Assembly: GCA_964057225.1 (NCBI GenBank)
Contig: OZ059895.1
Location: 19,034,001-19,098,000 of the forward strand
Direction: 5' to 3'
DNA length: 64,000 nucleotides
Origin: Auanema rhodensis
Taxonomy: Eukaryota > Animalia > Nematoda
The translations under genes and the position numbers were made by a program. Under the pieces are notes generated by a model. The model had not been told where the DNA came from, ran no database searches, and was given only the letters and a program-made list of their open reading frames with translations. Below, piece by piece: positions 26,101 to 40,500 of the stretch; position 1 is the first letter of the stretch; the number at the start of each line of letters is the position of its first letter.

Positions 26101-29100
26101 ACTTGCTCTCTAATTCTCTTTACCTCTTATTCTATATTTCAAATTTTATCTCTATCTCTCTCATTCTCTCTCTCCAAGTATTCTTTCTCACTATCTTTCA
26201 CTTTAATTTCACGTTTTCCTTTTTCTTTTCTTTCTCATTTTCTTTTTTCCTACTATTTTCAAGGCTCCAGATTAATCTATTACTATTTTTATATGCTATT
26301 TATACAATTTATGTAACTATTTATTTATATGTATATATAGTATACATATATACATATATTTCTATTATATCTGGTAATGCCTTCGTTCTTGGAAGTTACT
26401 TATGAGATAGCAAGTCTTTCATATATGTGATAACCTAATATCTTTCTTTATTATACATATCTTTATAAAACTATTAATATTTATTCTTTAAATGAATATT
26501 GAAAAAAATACTTTTCTTCTCTCTTTATTTATCCCTTTTGCAATATAATCCATTTTTGAAGCCCATTTACCAATGTAACTGAATGTAAATGAGTTCAGTT
26601 CGCTCTGGAAATGACACAGAGATGTGGAGAATGGAAAACAAAAAGGAAGAGAATGATGAGGAAGAACTATCATCATCCTATTCACTATGCGTCCTCGAAG
26701 ACTACCATCCTTTAAGCGTTGAACGTCGTCGTCGTCCATTTGGGTCGTTAATCTCTTCTCTGCTATCTGTGAGCTCGTGTATCTTCAAACCATGGCGTAG
26801 TCTGATTGGTTGCTGAAGACGCGCTTGTTCTCACTTTTGCATCATAGAGTGATCGTTTTCGATCTCTCTGTTTCTCTTTGCCACCTTCACCCACAGATAC
26901 AGAGTTAATGGTCTTCTGACTCTATATTTGCATATTTAAGATCCATCAAAAGAATTATTTCAATTTCCGGAAAATACAATATTGATTAGTTAAGATATAT
27001 GGTTTAGAATTGAAAAAAAAAACAGTTCTTAACGACATGAACAATGATAATGACGCCGCTGATGTTGCTTTGATTTGAATGATATGTGGTCAACGTGAAT
27101 AAGTGTCATCGGTCGAGGGAAAAAGAAAAGTTAAGGAGATAGAGAGATAGGAAGGAAGAACGTGAGAAAGAAAGAGAGAGAAAGAGAGAGAAATGTAGAC
27201 AGAGAGCTATAATACGAGAGAATGACCTTGTGAGAGCAAGAGGTGAAGAGAGTGAAAAATGAGGAACGGAGAAAGACGTGATTTGTCTCTATGAGAGAAG
27301 AGCATAAATCGCTCACGATCATCTTAGGTCAAGCAGCCAGTTCAGACGGCTTTATGTTTACTTTCTAATTTGTTTTGAAGCGATAGCCCTCAGGGCTGAA
27401 AAACCTAGTAGGTATACCTATCACACTGATTTTCTTGAATAATCTCCTTGAAACAAGTAGAGTTTCTAGAGTTTTTTTAAAGGAAGAATATATGAAAAAT
27501 TATAAAAATAAATCTGTCTCTTTCCATATTATAATTTTGAAAACAAACATAAAAATAAATATGTTTAACTTCTTATTTTTAATAAATATTATATATTATA
27601 TGTTCAAATTAGTTTTAAATTATATTTAATGTACATAGTATATGATATTTTTTAAAAATATCATATATTTTAATTATAATATAATATTTTATTTTTACTA
27701 TAATTGATGAATTTTCCCCCTATTTTATATTTATTTTACGATTATTTCAATACTTTAATTTGAATAAAGTAAAGATGAGAGAAGCTCAATGTAATCACAT
27801 TTAACCATTTTGAATTGCTCTAACCACCTTCACTTGTGACTATTACAGTTCTATTTCTCTGACTCTTTATTTCATGTTCTCCTTCATTCTGGAGATTAAA
27901 ATGAAAAACCTGTTGAGTGGGGAAAAGTTTGAATTTTTCTTTTGTACTTCCTGTCTCATAATAAGCTGAATTGATGATTCGTGTGAGGACACAATTCATC
28001 CATAGATGCATAGACAAATCAAGGCACATCATCAACATGATCATCTTCTTTGATGACATTTTCATCGACGGTGGTATTTCTGAATTCTCTATAACATCAA
28101 CCATATCCGCCTATCTCAGCCCCCATTGGTTTTCTATTCATTTTCAAATGTTTCAAGATTTCAATTGAAACTATAAATTTGAATTGGATTGAGAAGAAAT
28201 TTAGCCGATTTGAGGAAGGCTATGAAGAAATGCACAATACTTCCCGCTTCTCTTGCTTGTAACTTTGACGGAAATGTTAAAGGAATTGCAAAATTCATCA
28301 AGTTTATTAGAAGAATATCAGAATGATCCAAATTTAATATTTGTTATCCTCACACGAAATAATTCCATTGAAAATCCAGGCTAACAGGAAAAGAGAAGGT
28401 TGATAGCAAAGAAATAGAGAGACAGTGGGAGAGAAAGAGAATAAGAGCTCAGCTCAAAGAGAAAGGAAAATTGAGAGTTTGGAGATAGAAAAACGAATTT
28501 TTACAAGAAGACGGTCCCCTAACCTCCATATGTATTCCGTCTTCGAAAATGATATATTTCGCTAGCTGTCAATCAATCTACCTCTTTCACTTTATCCTTC
28601 CTCTCTCTCTTCCTTTCTACAGCACGTTCATGTCGTCGTCGTCATCATTATCATCATCTTCGTCGTCGTCGTCGTCGTCTTGGTTTTCGTCGTTTCAACA
28701 TATATTCTTCCTTCCAATCTACTGTCATGTTCTCTTCCTCTCTCCAATTTTAAACCATTTATCTGCCTACTACCTCATTTCCTCTTTATCTTTTTCATTT
28801 TCGAATCCTTATTACTCGTCTCATTAATTCTTATTTCGGTATGTTTCATCGTTCTCTAATCTTATGATCTTACCGTCTTTCGCATTAGTTTTCCTCAATT
28901 TTTCAATACAAGGAAGCTATAATTACCTCTTTTCTCATTATGCTATACATATTCGTTTATACAATCGCAATACTACTCTTCATAACTTGTCGTCATTATC
29001 GAAATTCTTTTTATTTTTTATTTGAATTTTTAAATTTTTGTTCACAAACAAAAATATCAATATTAAGATTTGAAGATGTTTTTCATTTAATACCTACCCC

Positions 29101-31065
29101 TCATCTATCTCATCTGATCCTTTTGCAATACATTCAATGAACTGCTTGCAAATTTCATCTGTAAAACGATTAGAGTTATATGGTATAATAAAGCAAAAAA
29201 GGTTTTACAATATCTACTTTTGTGGCCAACCTTACGACGACCTGTCTGTCGATAAATTTTTACAAAATTAGCTTAATCCCTTAATCTACTACTCCTAAAA
29301 CCTTCAACAAATCCTTTGATGTGCGCCATTTTCTTCCATATTCTGAGTCATTTTTATCTAATTACAATATTGTAAACGATCAAGAGTTAAATGTATATTT
29401 CTATTTTTCAAGTTTCATACAAAAACTGGATGAAAACTGAACGAAATGACCAAATAACAATCTATTTCAACACCCCCCCCCCTCCCCAATTTATTCCCTG
29501 TCATCATCGTTCGACTAACTTTTACTTATCCCTTCAGTCTTCAATTTATTCCAACCTTGTTTTAACAAACTCAAATTTAACTTATGCAAATATAAAAAAA
29601 ATAATTATATCGTGTAATTAGTCCCGAATGGAATATACTTCAAACCGTTATTGCATTTTATTAGCAACTACATCAAAAAATATTAGTTTTTTTTTTGTCT
29701 TAAAAAACAGCTGTCATATTCAATTGAATGATAAATGACTGTACTTTTTCGTCTCACTCTTTCGTCGATCCCTCATTTGCTCAAACTTTTCAACGAGAAA
29801 ATAGACTTGATAAGAAGACCGTATAGACAAAAAACTAATAAGATCTAAGTTTGCTGATCTTTATCAATAACCATGTAGTTATAAATTAAAAGCAAATGAT
29901 TACATCAAGTCAACGGGGTGCCAATTACCATATGCTATATGCGGGAACTCAGTGCCGACAACTGCAAATGGACACTTCATGCTGTGCACACATATCTGTT
30001 TTTCTCCGACAGTCCGGAAATTCTTTTGTGATAACATCTCTTACAGTCATAGCTTATAAAAAGGGCAACATTGAATAAGATTAAATCCATTATTAGAATA
30101 TCTTAAACTAAACATATAGTTTATATAATATTAAAAAGATAAACTAAAAATGTTTGGATGTAACAAGAACAAGAAGATACAGAAAGATAGATAGATCTTT
30201 TATTGCTCTAATTCACATATAACACTCAGAGCTATCTGATTCATTCTTCAGTCAGTTAATCTTCCATTCAAATGTGTTAAAATTCATTTTTCTTTTTCAC
30301 ATTCCTATAGACTAGTTTGTCAAAAATACATACATAACTACAGTATACCATTTGTTATTAAGTAAATGAAATTTAAGCCACTAATTCTAATTCAAGTTCA
30401 ACTGTTAGTCCCATCAATTGAGTTCTCATTTTCTAATATTTCAAGCTACTTTTCTGAGGAAAAAAAATTTAGTCCAAAATATGAATCACATCCGAAAATT
30501 TTCGACGAAATGTCCTTAAACAAGGTTTTAAACTCATCAACAGCATTATCGTTTTAGAGTTATTTGCCCGTTTATCTGGTAAAAAGCAATTTCAACAACT
30601 CATCTACCGTAATCTCGTCTTCATGTCCTCCACCAAACATAAGAATATTTCACTAACTAGCCAATTCTGTTTCTTTTATTCTCTCTTTCTAGTTAACTCT
30701 CTTTCACAATTTTTCTAAATATTTTCTCTTCTCTCTCCCTCTCTCTGTTTATTACTATTTCTCTATATCTCGTTCTTTGTAATTTCTAATTTAGCATGCA
30801 AATACTGATGCTAGCCTTCAACTAACTGCTAACTGTAAGAGAGGCTAAACAAGGAAAGACCTCAACCTATCTTTTCTCTCTATCTTCCTCTCAATCTCTT
30901 TTTAACTACTGAAGAACATTCACATTTCTAGAAGTAAATTGGTTGGAAAGTCATTGAATTTCAGATTTTTCAATTTTTACGTTCATATGAATTCGTTTAG
31001 CAACATAATGAGCAGAATTTTGTAAAAGAAAAAGACAAGAGAGAAATGAAATAGTATATGTTGAA

Positions 31066-31096
<31 letters not shown>

Positions 31097-31113
31097 TGAA
31101 GAGAAAGAGAGAG
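31066..31113. repeat. (GA)n microsatellite, imperfect
   Basis: Direct inspection. Confidence 0.85.
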
Positions 31114-32204
31114 ATCTAGATAAACCAACCGCTTCTTATCGTTTACATTTTCCAAATAAAGTCAGGAAAATTCTAACATTCATTGAAAATGCTGATGATT
31201 ATTATAGTTTCAAATCACATCACTGATATCAATATATAATAACACATAACAGTTATACTTTTATTTGCAAATTATATAATATTTAATATAGGTTAAGAGT
31301 AGTTAAGAGTCTTCTGGAACAATAAGATTATTCTATATAGTCTTAATTACAACAACTACTTAACTAGCAATCAACTATATATATAGTATATATTAACTAC
31401 ATATATAGTCTTCTTATCTACTGAAATTTAATCTGCCTCCTGTCTAACTATTTCATTTCTGGCGCATAGCTGTGAAACAGCCTGATGACAGTTTTGACGA
31501 TCATCTGCTCAACGAACAGACATGAAAATAGCAAAATGGCGTCATACTAAAGATATTGCATCACCAGCTGATCGAAAATAGCTTACGAGGACATACACCA
31601 GCTAATACAGATAGGTTACCCAAAAAGGAGTTGCAACCCATATATACGCGTTTCACACGTGTGTTTCTGTTCGCCTGAGAGCCTCATCAGTCAGCTGTTG
31701 TGCGATGAGAAGCAAAGTTGAGGTTATGCCATCGCATACGTTGCATACATTCACGCCATTTATCGGTCACTCTCTCTGTCTCTCTTCTTCTAGGCCTCCG
31801 TTTCTCACAGCTTTGCTCACTCTCACGTTATTATGAGAAATGCAATATTATCATTTTCAAACATCAGATGGTTTCAATCATCAAAGTTGTCATATTAGGC
31901 ACATCTTCCGTCTTCCGTCTGGCATCTGTTGTAGTTTGAGTTATCCTCATAGAGGTACTCATCTTCACCGAACAACATTATTTGCATGAAGACCTTTAGG
32001 AAGTAGTTAGCGATTGCATGTGCCTCCTAGTCTATAGTTTTGATTAGCTGAACAGTTATGCGAGCAAGAACTCATAATCTCTAACCCCTATGTAACAACT
32101 CTAGTTGTTAGTACTCATTATGAAGGAATTCGCTTTACTAAATTATACAAAATGTATAAAAAAGAAAATATTATTTTAATCTTCAATATTACATAACATA
32201 TATA

Positions 32205-32207
<3 letters not shown>

Positions 32208-32263
<56 letters not shown>
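32208..32263. repeat. (TA)n microsatellite
   Basis: About 28 uninterrupted TA units. Confidence 0.95.
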
Positions 32264-32267
<4 letters not shown>

Positions 32268-34518
32268 GAGAAAGAGAGATAGAGATAGATTAGATAATGC
32301 AAAATTGTTTTTTGTTGGTTTCTCTTGCTTTTTTCTTTTCTCTCTTTCTACTGTCACGTCTCTCTTATCGCATGATGCGACGAGTGTCACAGATATGTAT
32401 ATACATGTATTCTCACAACTATCTTACGTACAGCTGCCATATCAGAAAATCAAAAATTTCTGTTTCAAGGGCAGCTGATAATCAGGCTTATCATATTCAT
32501 TATAAACTATAGACAAGATGTGTGATTCAAATATAAATTTGAAAAGCTTAACAGTTCTTATGCTTGCCCATGTATTCGTACGTATATGCAGGTCTATAGT
32601 TGTGCGACTGTGTATATGGACCTACGATCATCCTTTGTGTTTGACGATGGCTTGTTTCTACCAATACAAGATACAATGTAGAGACAAACTGAGCGTTCTT
32701 TACTCATATTATGTGATTTTGAAAAAACATTTTCAAAAAAAATTGTGATTAGATAATTAGAAACGTTTTCTTTTAAAACCATTCTGGTAACGAGGAAGAA
32801 GATATGAACATGAAAAGGGGAGAATATGATTGAATGGCAGATCATATACAGTTTATAACGTTCTATACACAAAGAAAGAGAGGGGGGATAGCATGAGAGT
32901 TTCCCTAAATCTTCTGTAAAATCTTTACAGTATGGTAGCTGCGGTGTTTTCAATTATCAACATCACATCACTGAGACATCATCTTCTTTTCTGATTAGCA
33001 GTAGTATTTTTCTTGAATCCAGCTTTTGGTTCTGCAACTCACTTATGATTGAATCTGCTACCACAAGCCAAGATCAAGTCTTGTTCACACTCTCTCTCTT
33101 TTCGTCTTCACCTCATACAAATGTATTGTTTATTCTTACTTCATATTTCAAACATGTTTCTGTTTGTAAACCAACATTCTGTAATTTAAAGTTCAAATTA
33201 ACATTGTTCATCTCCATTCTCTTTCTTTAACTCTCTCTCCCTCTCTATCTCCCTCCCTCTCCCTCTCTCAGATTTTTCACTTCTTTCTGCCATTGTAAGA
33301 CTTACTATCATTTACTATGTGTTTCTCCTTACTTTTTTCTTTGGAAATAAATTCTCAACCCTCTTCCTATCTTTCTCCCTCACTACTTTGCTACTCTCCA
33401 TACTTTTTAGCATAGCCTCCAGGTATCATACACCTCGTTCCCTTCTTCTTTCTCTTTTCTTTCTTTTATTTCTAGCCTTTATTTGTATGGACCTACCGCT
33501 GATAAGGCTCTTTTTGACTGTTAAGATCATTGGCTACTATACGATTTAGAAATTTTGCCAAGAAATTCCTTTCATATATCTTTAATTTATGGATATAATA
33601 ATTATCATCCATTGCACATATCAATTTTCCTTTTTTTTTTACCAAGAAAAACGTTTTTTTTTTGGTTTTTGTCACATATAAATATTTCCTATAATTCGTT
33701 TTGTTTATGTTTTTAAAACAAATTCTTTCGAATTAAATATTTAATTTCTGCTCATTTTTCTTTTTTTGAAAATTATTTTTTAAAGATTTTGACCACTTAG
33801 TTTTCATAATGTTTAAGTTCTTGATGTCATCAACCGTTATTTTTATTCTATATATATTATTAGTTTAGTATTGTTCTTGTTCCCTCTCGAAGCTTTCCGG
33901 AGTTTTCGATTATATGTTTTTGTGAGTGTTCTTGATGTGATCGACCAGCTTCATCTCATGGCTGGCATGCCTGTGTCAGAGGTCACGAAATCAAGTTTTA
34001 GAACCTGTTAAGCGGATTCAGCAGCATTTGAAGAACAGCAAGAAAACGAACTATCAACTTTATGAGATAGAGAAGAAAAAGAAGAGAGTAAAAGATGAAG
34101 ATAGATGCAAGTCTCATGAAGTCTAGCGAAATCAGCGATAGTATGTGGTTGGAAGAGAAAAACGATTAAATCATCGTTAACTTAATAGACTGTAATGCTG
34201 CTTTTCCTTTATTTTGTTTTTTTTATCATCTCTTGTAGTAACATCACATCACCACGTCCAAGATTAATGCCCTTAAGGCATATTCTCGAACTGATGTCAT
34301 TAAAATTTCACGTTTCTCGTCCTTTTTCCTATATATATTTATTATATATGTGACTTTCTTTTTCCATCTCAGTTTTCAACTTTTTTTTAAAGTAATCAAG
34401 CTTCCTTTTTCTTTTTCTAAACTACATTCTTATTTTTTCAAACAAACTCATTAAACAATATGTTGTTATGATCTCTGTTTTTCTTTTCTATCTAACCTCT
34501 CTAACTCTCTTTCTGCGC

Positions 34519-34520
<2 letters not shown>

Positions 34521-34579
<59 letters not shown>

Positions 34580-34587
34580 TTCTCTCT
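34521..34587. repeat. (TC)n microsatellite, imperfect
   Basis: Direct inspection. Confidence 0.92.
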
Positions 34588-37500
34588 ACCTACCTACCTA
34601 TCTATCTCTTTCTCTTATATAATCTGTTTTCCTTACCTTAAACTTTTATATATTATATATCCAATTCTTTTGTACTTCTGGAACTGCTCGTTCAAAGTAA
34701 CTGTCTCTCTGCAGACTGTTAACTACATCATTTTGTTGGTTGATGTTATAGTCCTGGTTCTCAAATGATCATGATCATCTTCGACTTTCATTGGATCTTG
34801 TTGCTTATAAAGAAGCACGTGGATCTTTGTATTATGTATAAACTGAGAAATATAATTACTATAAGAGACGATGATCATCACAACGACAAATATGGAAGAA
34901 CCGCCAGTCACAGAATATAGTGGTGGTGATGATAGTTAGTAGTACGAGAGAAGTAATGAAAGAAAGTGATTGACTCAGAGATATAAAAGACGTAGCTAGA
35001 GAGAACGTATGGTAAACCATATGAAATCTGAGGTAGTAAGAGAGAGAAGGGGGGGGATCAACATGAAATGAATGCGGGATTTAACTGAACAGAAGATGAA
35101 ACTACAAACCCCTTGTCAAAATCATGATCTCTGCCTCTCTCTTGCTTCTTTTTTTTTTTTTGCTTCCAATAAATTTGTCTATTCTTTAGTGCTATTTAGT
35201 GTATACCATTTTTCGTTAAAATTCTTTTAATTTAAAGAAAGACTTGAGTCAAATTGAGTTGTGTTCAGCTTTTCTAACTGAAACTGGAACATCACTCTGA
35301 TCCTCTACTTTCCCTTCTCATTATCTATTTACTTGCATTTCTAACCTTACTATATTTTAGTTTTCTAATTTAATTTTGTAATCACATAGTTAACGCTTAG
35401 CTTGTATTACTAATCCGGAAGTGCTACTTACACCTGCTTCATGGGGGGTAGGGAAGTATTACCACTCAAACTGATAATGACACATAACTTGTCAATGTTG
35501 TCCTTTCGTCACCTCAACTTATGTGAAAATCTTATAATTCGTCTCTTACTTCTCAATCCCTCTCTCTCATATATTTTTTTCTTTTCTTCTCCTAATTAAA
35601 TACACTCTCTAGCTCATATCAGTCTAATGTATTTTCACGTCTCGACATATTTGCTCCTTGTTTGTACATGACTAAGCTAGGAAGAATTGTTTGGATTGTC
35701 ACCTGCAACAACCAGACTTCACGATATTGGGAGAGAACGAGAAAAAGAATGAGAGAAAATGAGAGACAAATGAGACGTCCACACGCTTCTTTATCCTCAC
35801 ACGTCCAAATCCTGACCTCTAGCACTACTGGCATATATAAACCAAACTTTCCCTCTTTGTCTTTCTCTTTAATCTCTCATTTAGTCATACTCTTTTATAT
35901 TGCTATACATACCTATCTATCACTTCTTCAAGTCTACCATTTTTTCTGTGTGTTTTCTCTCTGTTGTTGTTCTACTCTCGCATCTTCCACATACACACAT
36001 AATACATAGCTACCGTAATCCTATGTTAGTCTAGTACTAGCACCACCTCTGCTGGTGCAATGGCATGGCCACGCTATATCTCCCGCAGAGTTGAGCTTAA
36101 GACATAGCAGACATACGAAAGAGCAACAGTCTATGTTTGATATTGAGTACACTACAAATCCTTATGAACTATCCCAAACATATACTGCACAATTTTTCAA
36201 TTTTAGCAGAATGGAGATGTTCTATGTATGTATTTCATTCGCATTTGTCCTCCCTTTGCAACGAATACAGTTCTCCTCTTCCAGTCCCCATTTTCCTCCC
36301 CTTTTCCTCATTTCTCATTCGTCTTCTCCTGATCATCTTGTCGCCCTTTTCTCTTCTCTGCATTTCTTTTCACTATTTTCATCTCAAATTCTTATGCTAC
36401 TCAGGCTAACCTACCTCTTTTCTACTGCGTGATGAGGATGAGGAGATGTGAAGATGAGCATTAGAGTCTTCTCAACCTCCTAACCTCATAAGTATCTGTC
36501 GGCTTGTTGTTTGATATCCGAAAGATACAGAAGATGCTGTAACCCTCTTGACACCTAGATGTCAACTACGAAGGTAATGCCGACAGCTTTTACCCGTTTT
36601 CGTGTATTTTGACAACTATTTCCAAGTACAGAAATAAGATGCTTCTATATTATGTACACACTAAGCTTATTCGCTATACAACACTATTTTCTGTGTTCAT
36701 GTTGACACGAACAAGAAATGCTGAAACAGAGATGTTTCAGCTTTCATCAGGTTGTCGAATAATTCAATATCCTTCCTTGTTTTAACTAATTTTTTGATCT
36801 TTTCGTTGAAAAATACTTCAAAAACAGAGATTTGATAGAAGTGCAACGAAAATACTACCAAAATCCTATTCAGTTAGTTTTAATCACAGATTTATTCTTG
36901 CCCTTCTACTGTAGAAATATAGAATGAGAGAAAATAGTGATTAAGATATAAGAAAAACAGAGAAGAAGATCTATTTCTTTTCGTAGCAAGCCTTCTAATA
37001 AGATATAGTTATTATAAACATTTTAATTAATAAACTAATATTTATAAAAGCTTAACACATAATTCTATAACAAGTAATCCTCCTGTTTGAATAATATTCC
37101 TGAAGTAGTTGAAGTAACTGTCCCAGCAGCCAATCTTGTGTCACAAAGACCTCTTGCCAGCTTCGGATAATCCAAAACTCAAATATAGTTGAACAAGCTA
37201 TATGTTATAAGTATTTTTTTCTTGTTTATATGCATATAGTTAATACAAATAAGAAGTTGTAATCATGTATCTTCTTCACTAACTAATGCAAAGTATTATA
37301 CCTGTTGTTGTTGTTGCCACTAATTTATATACATATCATCTTCCTTGAACATCTATTGACCACGTTTTTTCACTTTTAACAGTTTTTTGGTTCGTTTTGT
37401 CTTGACGTTCATCTCACACTCTCCTTCCAATACTCCAACAATCGGGTTTAAACAAGAACTATCGGAGATAATTAGCTGATTTACTTCTTATAGCAGCTGT

Positions 37501-40500
37501 TGCAAGGCTTATTCTAAACTGAAATTAAGTGAGAATAGAAGATTTCCAGCTTGTTGATTTTGTGTTCGTCTTCTGTAATGAGTATGTAAAGTGTCTGTTT
37601 TTTATTCGAGTGATAATTCGCCCGGAAACAGCATCAGTAGGATGGTTTTCACACTTGCACTCACGTCATCATCAGTTCACGATTAGCGATCCTTCTCTCT
37701 CCCTTCTCTATCTCTATCTCTATTCCTATCTTTTTGGAATTCTGAATCTCATGCTTATCCTGAACTATTGTCATAACTCTCATCTTTTTCTTTTTCTGGT
37801 GAAAAAAAATATGACACATCAAACACATGGAGACAGGCAGACATGTGTGTCTTGTATTCATGTCTTCTTACAGATGTATCATTTCTTATGAAAATTTAGC
37901 TGGGAAAAATTGAAAAAACTGCCTATACATCTCCTTTTTCCATTTTTTTTTCTTGAACGAAATCGTCATTTACAATGCTTCCATGTTTATCTTCTTTTAT
38001 TTTCACGGTAGTCTCGGATGAATGTTGTGATTTCTTAAGTAAACCTGAACAATACATTCGTTTAATTTAATTTTAAATTCATCTTCATATTCGTTTTGTA
38101 GTTTTAGTCTCTTTGGTATTTTCTTAAAATGTTATTTTTTTTCAGCAAAACAGCCTGGAAAGCAATTGTGTGGTGGGCGGTGCTTGCACAAACCAATACT
38201 CAATTGCACAGACCGTAATCTTGATACTCTCCTCCCCCTTTGCTGCTACTTGTTCCATCCTCCAGCACTTCATCCCTCCCACTCTCTCCATATTCTTCAC
38301 ATTCAGTTTTGTTAAAAATCAGAGTTTGTGATGTTCGAAGTCTACTGTTTGAATTGTGAATCTTTTAAATTTTTTATTCTTTCTAGATTTTTATTTTTAA
38401 AATACATCATCTTGCATTAAGTTCATTTCATCTACGCTTGACTATTGTAAAGAGAATGAAGGAAAGAACAGGGCGGTGGCCCTGTGCTCCTCGTTCTTCT
38501 TGAATATCATCGTCCTTCTCTTTCACTATTGGCCGCTTCATCTTCCTTCTGTTCGTCGACCATTTTTCTTTTCTTCTGTTGATACTTCGACTCTATCTAC
38601 TGGCAGCCCATGTATCTCCGTAATGATTGTTCCTGTCGTCTTCATCGTCGACGGTTTGTCAAATCGGCCGACGGTAGTCGCGTGCTGCCGCCACCTATGG
38701 TCTCACATCATCCCTCCTTCAACGCCTAACCATTTCACCTCACAACTTTATCAGATGAATCCATCTAAGCCTGAATATACTGCACTTTGAGATTCATATC
38801 TTACAAGACTTCGCAAATCAAAGGAATATACAAAATAGTATATGATTGATAGAGAGATAGAGAGAACCACAGACAGGTGGATCCTTTTGCCACACAGCCA
38901 CCGACTGCACCACCCACCGTGACCCCCTACTGTCAACTTGTCGTTGGCTCGTCGATCCCTTCGTACCCCATTCCCCCTACTCTTTCAGTATCTCTCTCTA
39001 TCCTTCTAAGGAATCGAAGAAAGCGACGTCGAGGACAGGTTATTCAATTCTACTAACTAACTGATGACGTACTGGTGAAAATGTACTGCTTTCATGTCTT
39101 CAAATTGTCAGATTCCCATTGGGATCCCTGAACGATTTACCACAACTACTCCTCTTACGCATCTTTTCTTGTGTTGTACCATATTAATTGGCTAATACTT
39201 CAGCTGCAAATTCTAAAAACACAACTTTAGTTCTTAATTTATTTTTTTTAATAATTCAGTTTCTTGAACCTTAAAGTATATTCATTTAATTTCCTCCTTT
39301 TTTTTGCAAATTTATCTCGTTTTTATAGGAAAATTAGATATTGATTAGTCATCTCTTCTCAATAATTTTAAAAATTAAAGCAATATATCCAGAGATGCTT
39401 CATGCTTTTCCTCATTTTCATGACACTTGTCCTGCATATTTTGTCATGTCCATGAGACTTTTCAAGCAAATCTTCATTGCAAATCTGAAATATCATTAGT
39501 CATTCAACTACATGTCTGTTCATTGGATGATTGACAACCTGATGAAGCTTCATCATCAGCACCACAACCACGATCATCATCATTAACCATTTTAGGAAAT
39601 ATTTTAAGATTTTTGATTTCAAGATTTCACAATTCATACATATATCGTTAGCTTTAAACTTTCTTTTAACATAAAACTATTAATCATTATAGTTTTGCTG
39701 AAACAAGAACATGTTCTGATTGAAATGACTTACACATCAGCCAAGAAAGTTTTTCTCGAATTCTTGAGTTTCCATGTGTCAATTATCTTTCAAAGCAATA
39801 ATCTAATATGAATAATCATGTAAGTACTGTCGATTACATTCATTTCTTTTATTATCTTATATACTATATGGTATAAATAGATAAATATTTCAATAATGAC
39901 ATACAACATCAAAAGAACCAAATGCTATTGCGTAAACCATATGTATATATAGATATAGACAACTGTCTTCTATCTATACACATATAGCTGAGAAGAGTTG
40001 AATCTGTCGGCTTTTTTGCAGAATCACAGCAGGTCATCTTCCTTATGTAAACGAAATTATTTTTTCTTCTCTTCTTTATTTTCTTTTTATTTTTGTGGTC
40101 TCATCTTTTGATACTGAAACAACTAATGATGGCATCATCATCATCATCCCTAATCATCTAATACAGTAGGTTTATTCAGTGTCCAAACAGCCTATGTTCA
40201 TTTCGTTCTCCCTATGTTACTTGTACTATCTTACTCTCTTTCTAATCAACATCATCGTGATCATCATCTTACCGCAAATTGCTCGATACCCTCTTCATTC
40301 GTTTAGACTTTTGGAATTTTTTTCTTTCCTTCTTTTCTCACCAAAAAAAGTTCGTATTTCCTGAAAATTTATTTCCCTCTTCCTATTTCATCACAGCATT
40401 TTTACAAAACCCATAGATATTGAAGTCATGATTAAGCTACATAATATTTAGGAAATTTAAAACAATGCAGCTTCTTCGCCACTGTTTTTGGTTAATTTCT

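Noticed and set aside
27820-28380. Coding-like segment (ORF 27820-28104) as a gene or pseudogene
   Set aside because: No recognisable motif, stops in alternative frames and no consistent splice model. It could be a decayed fragment, but this is unsupported.
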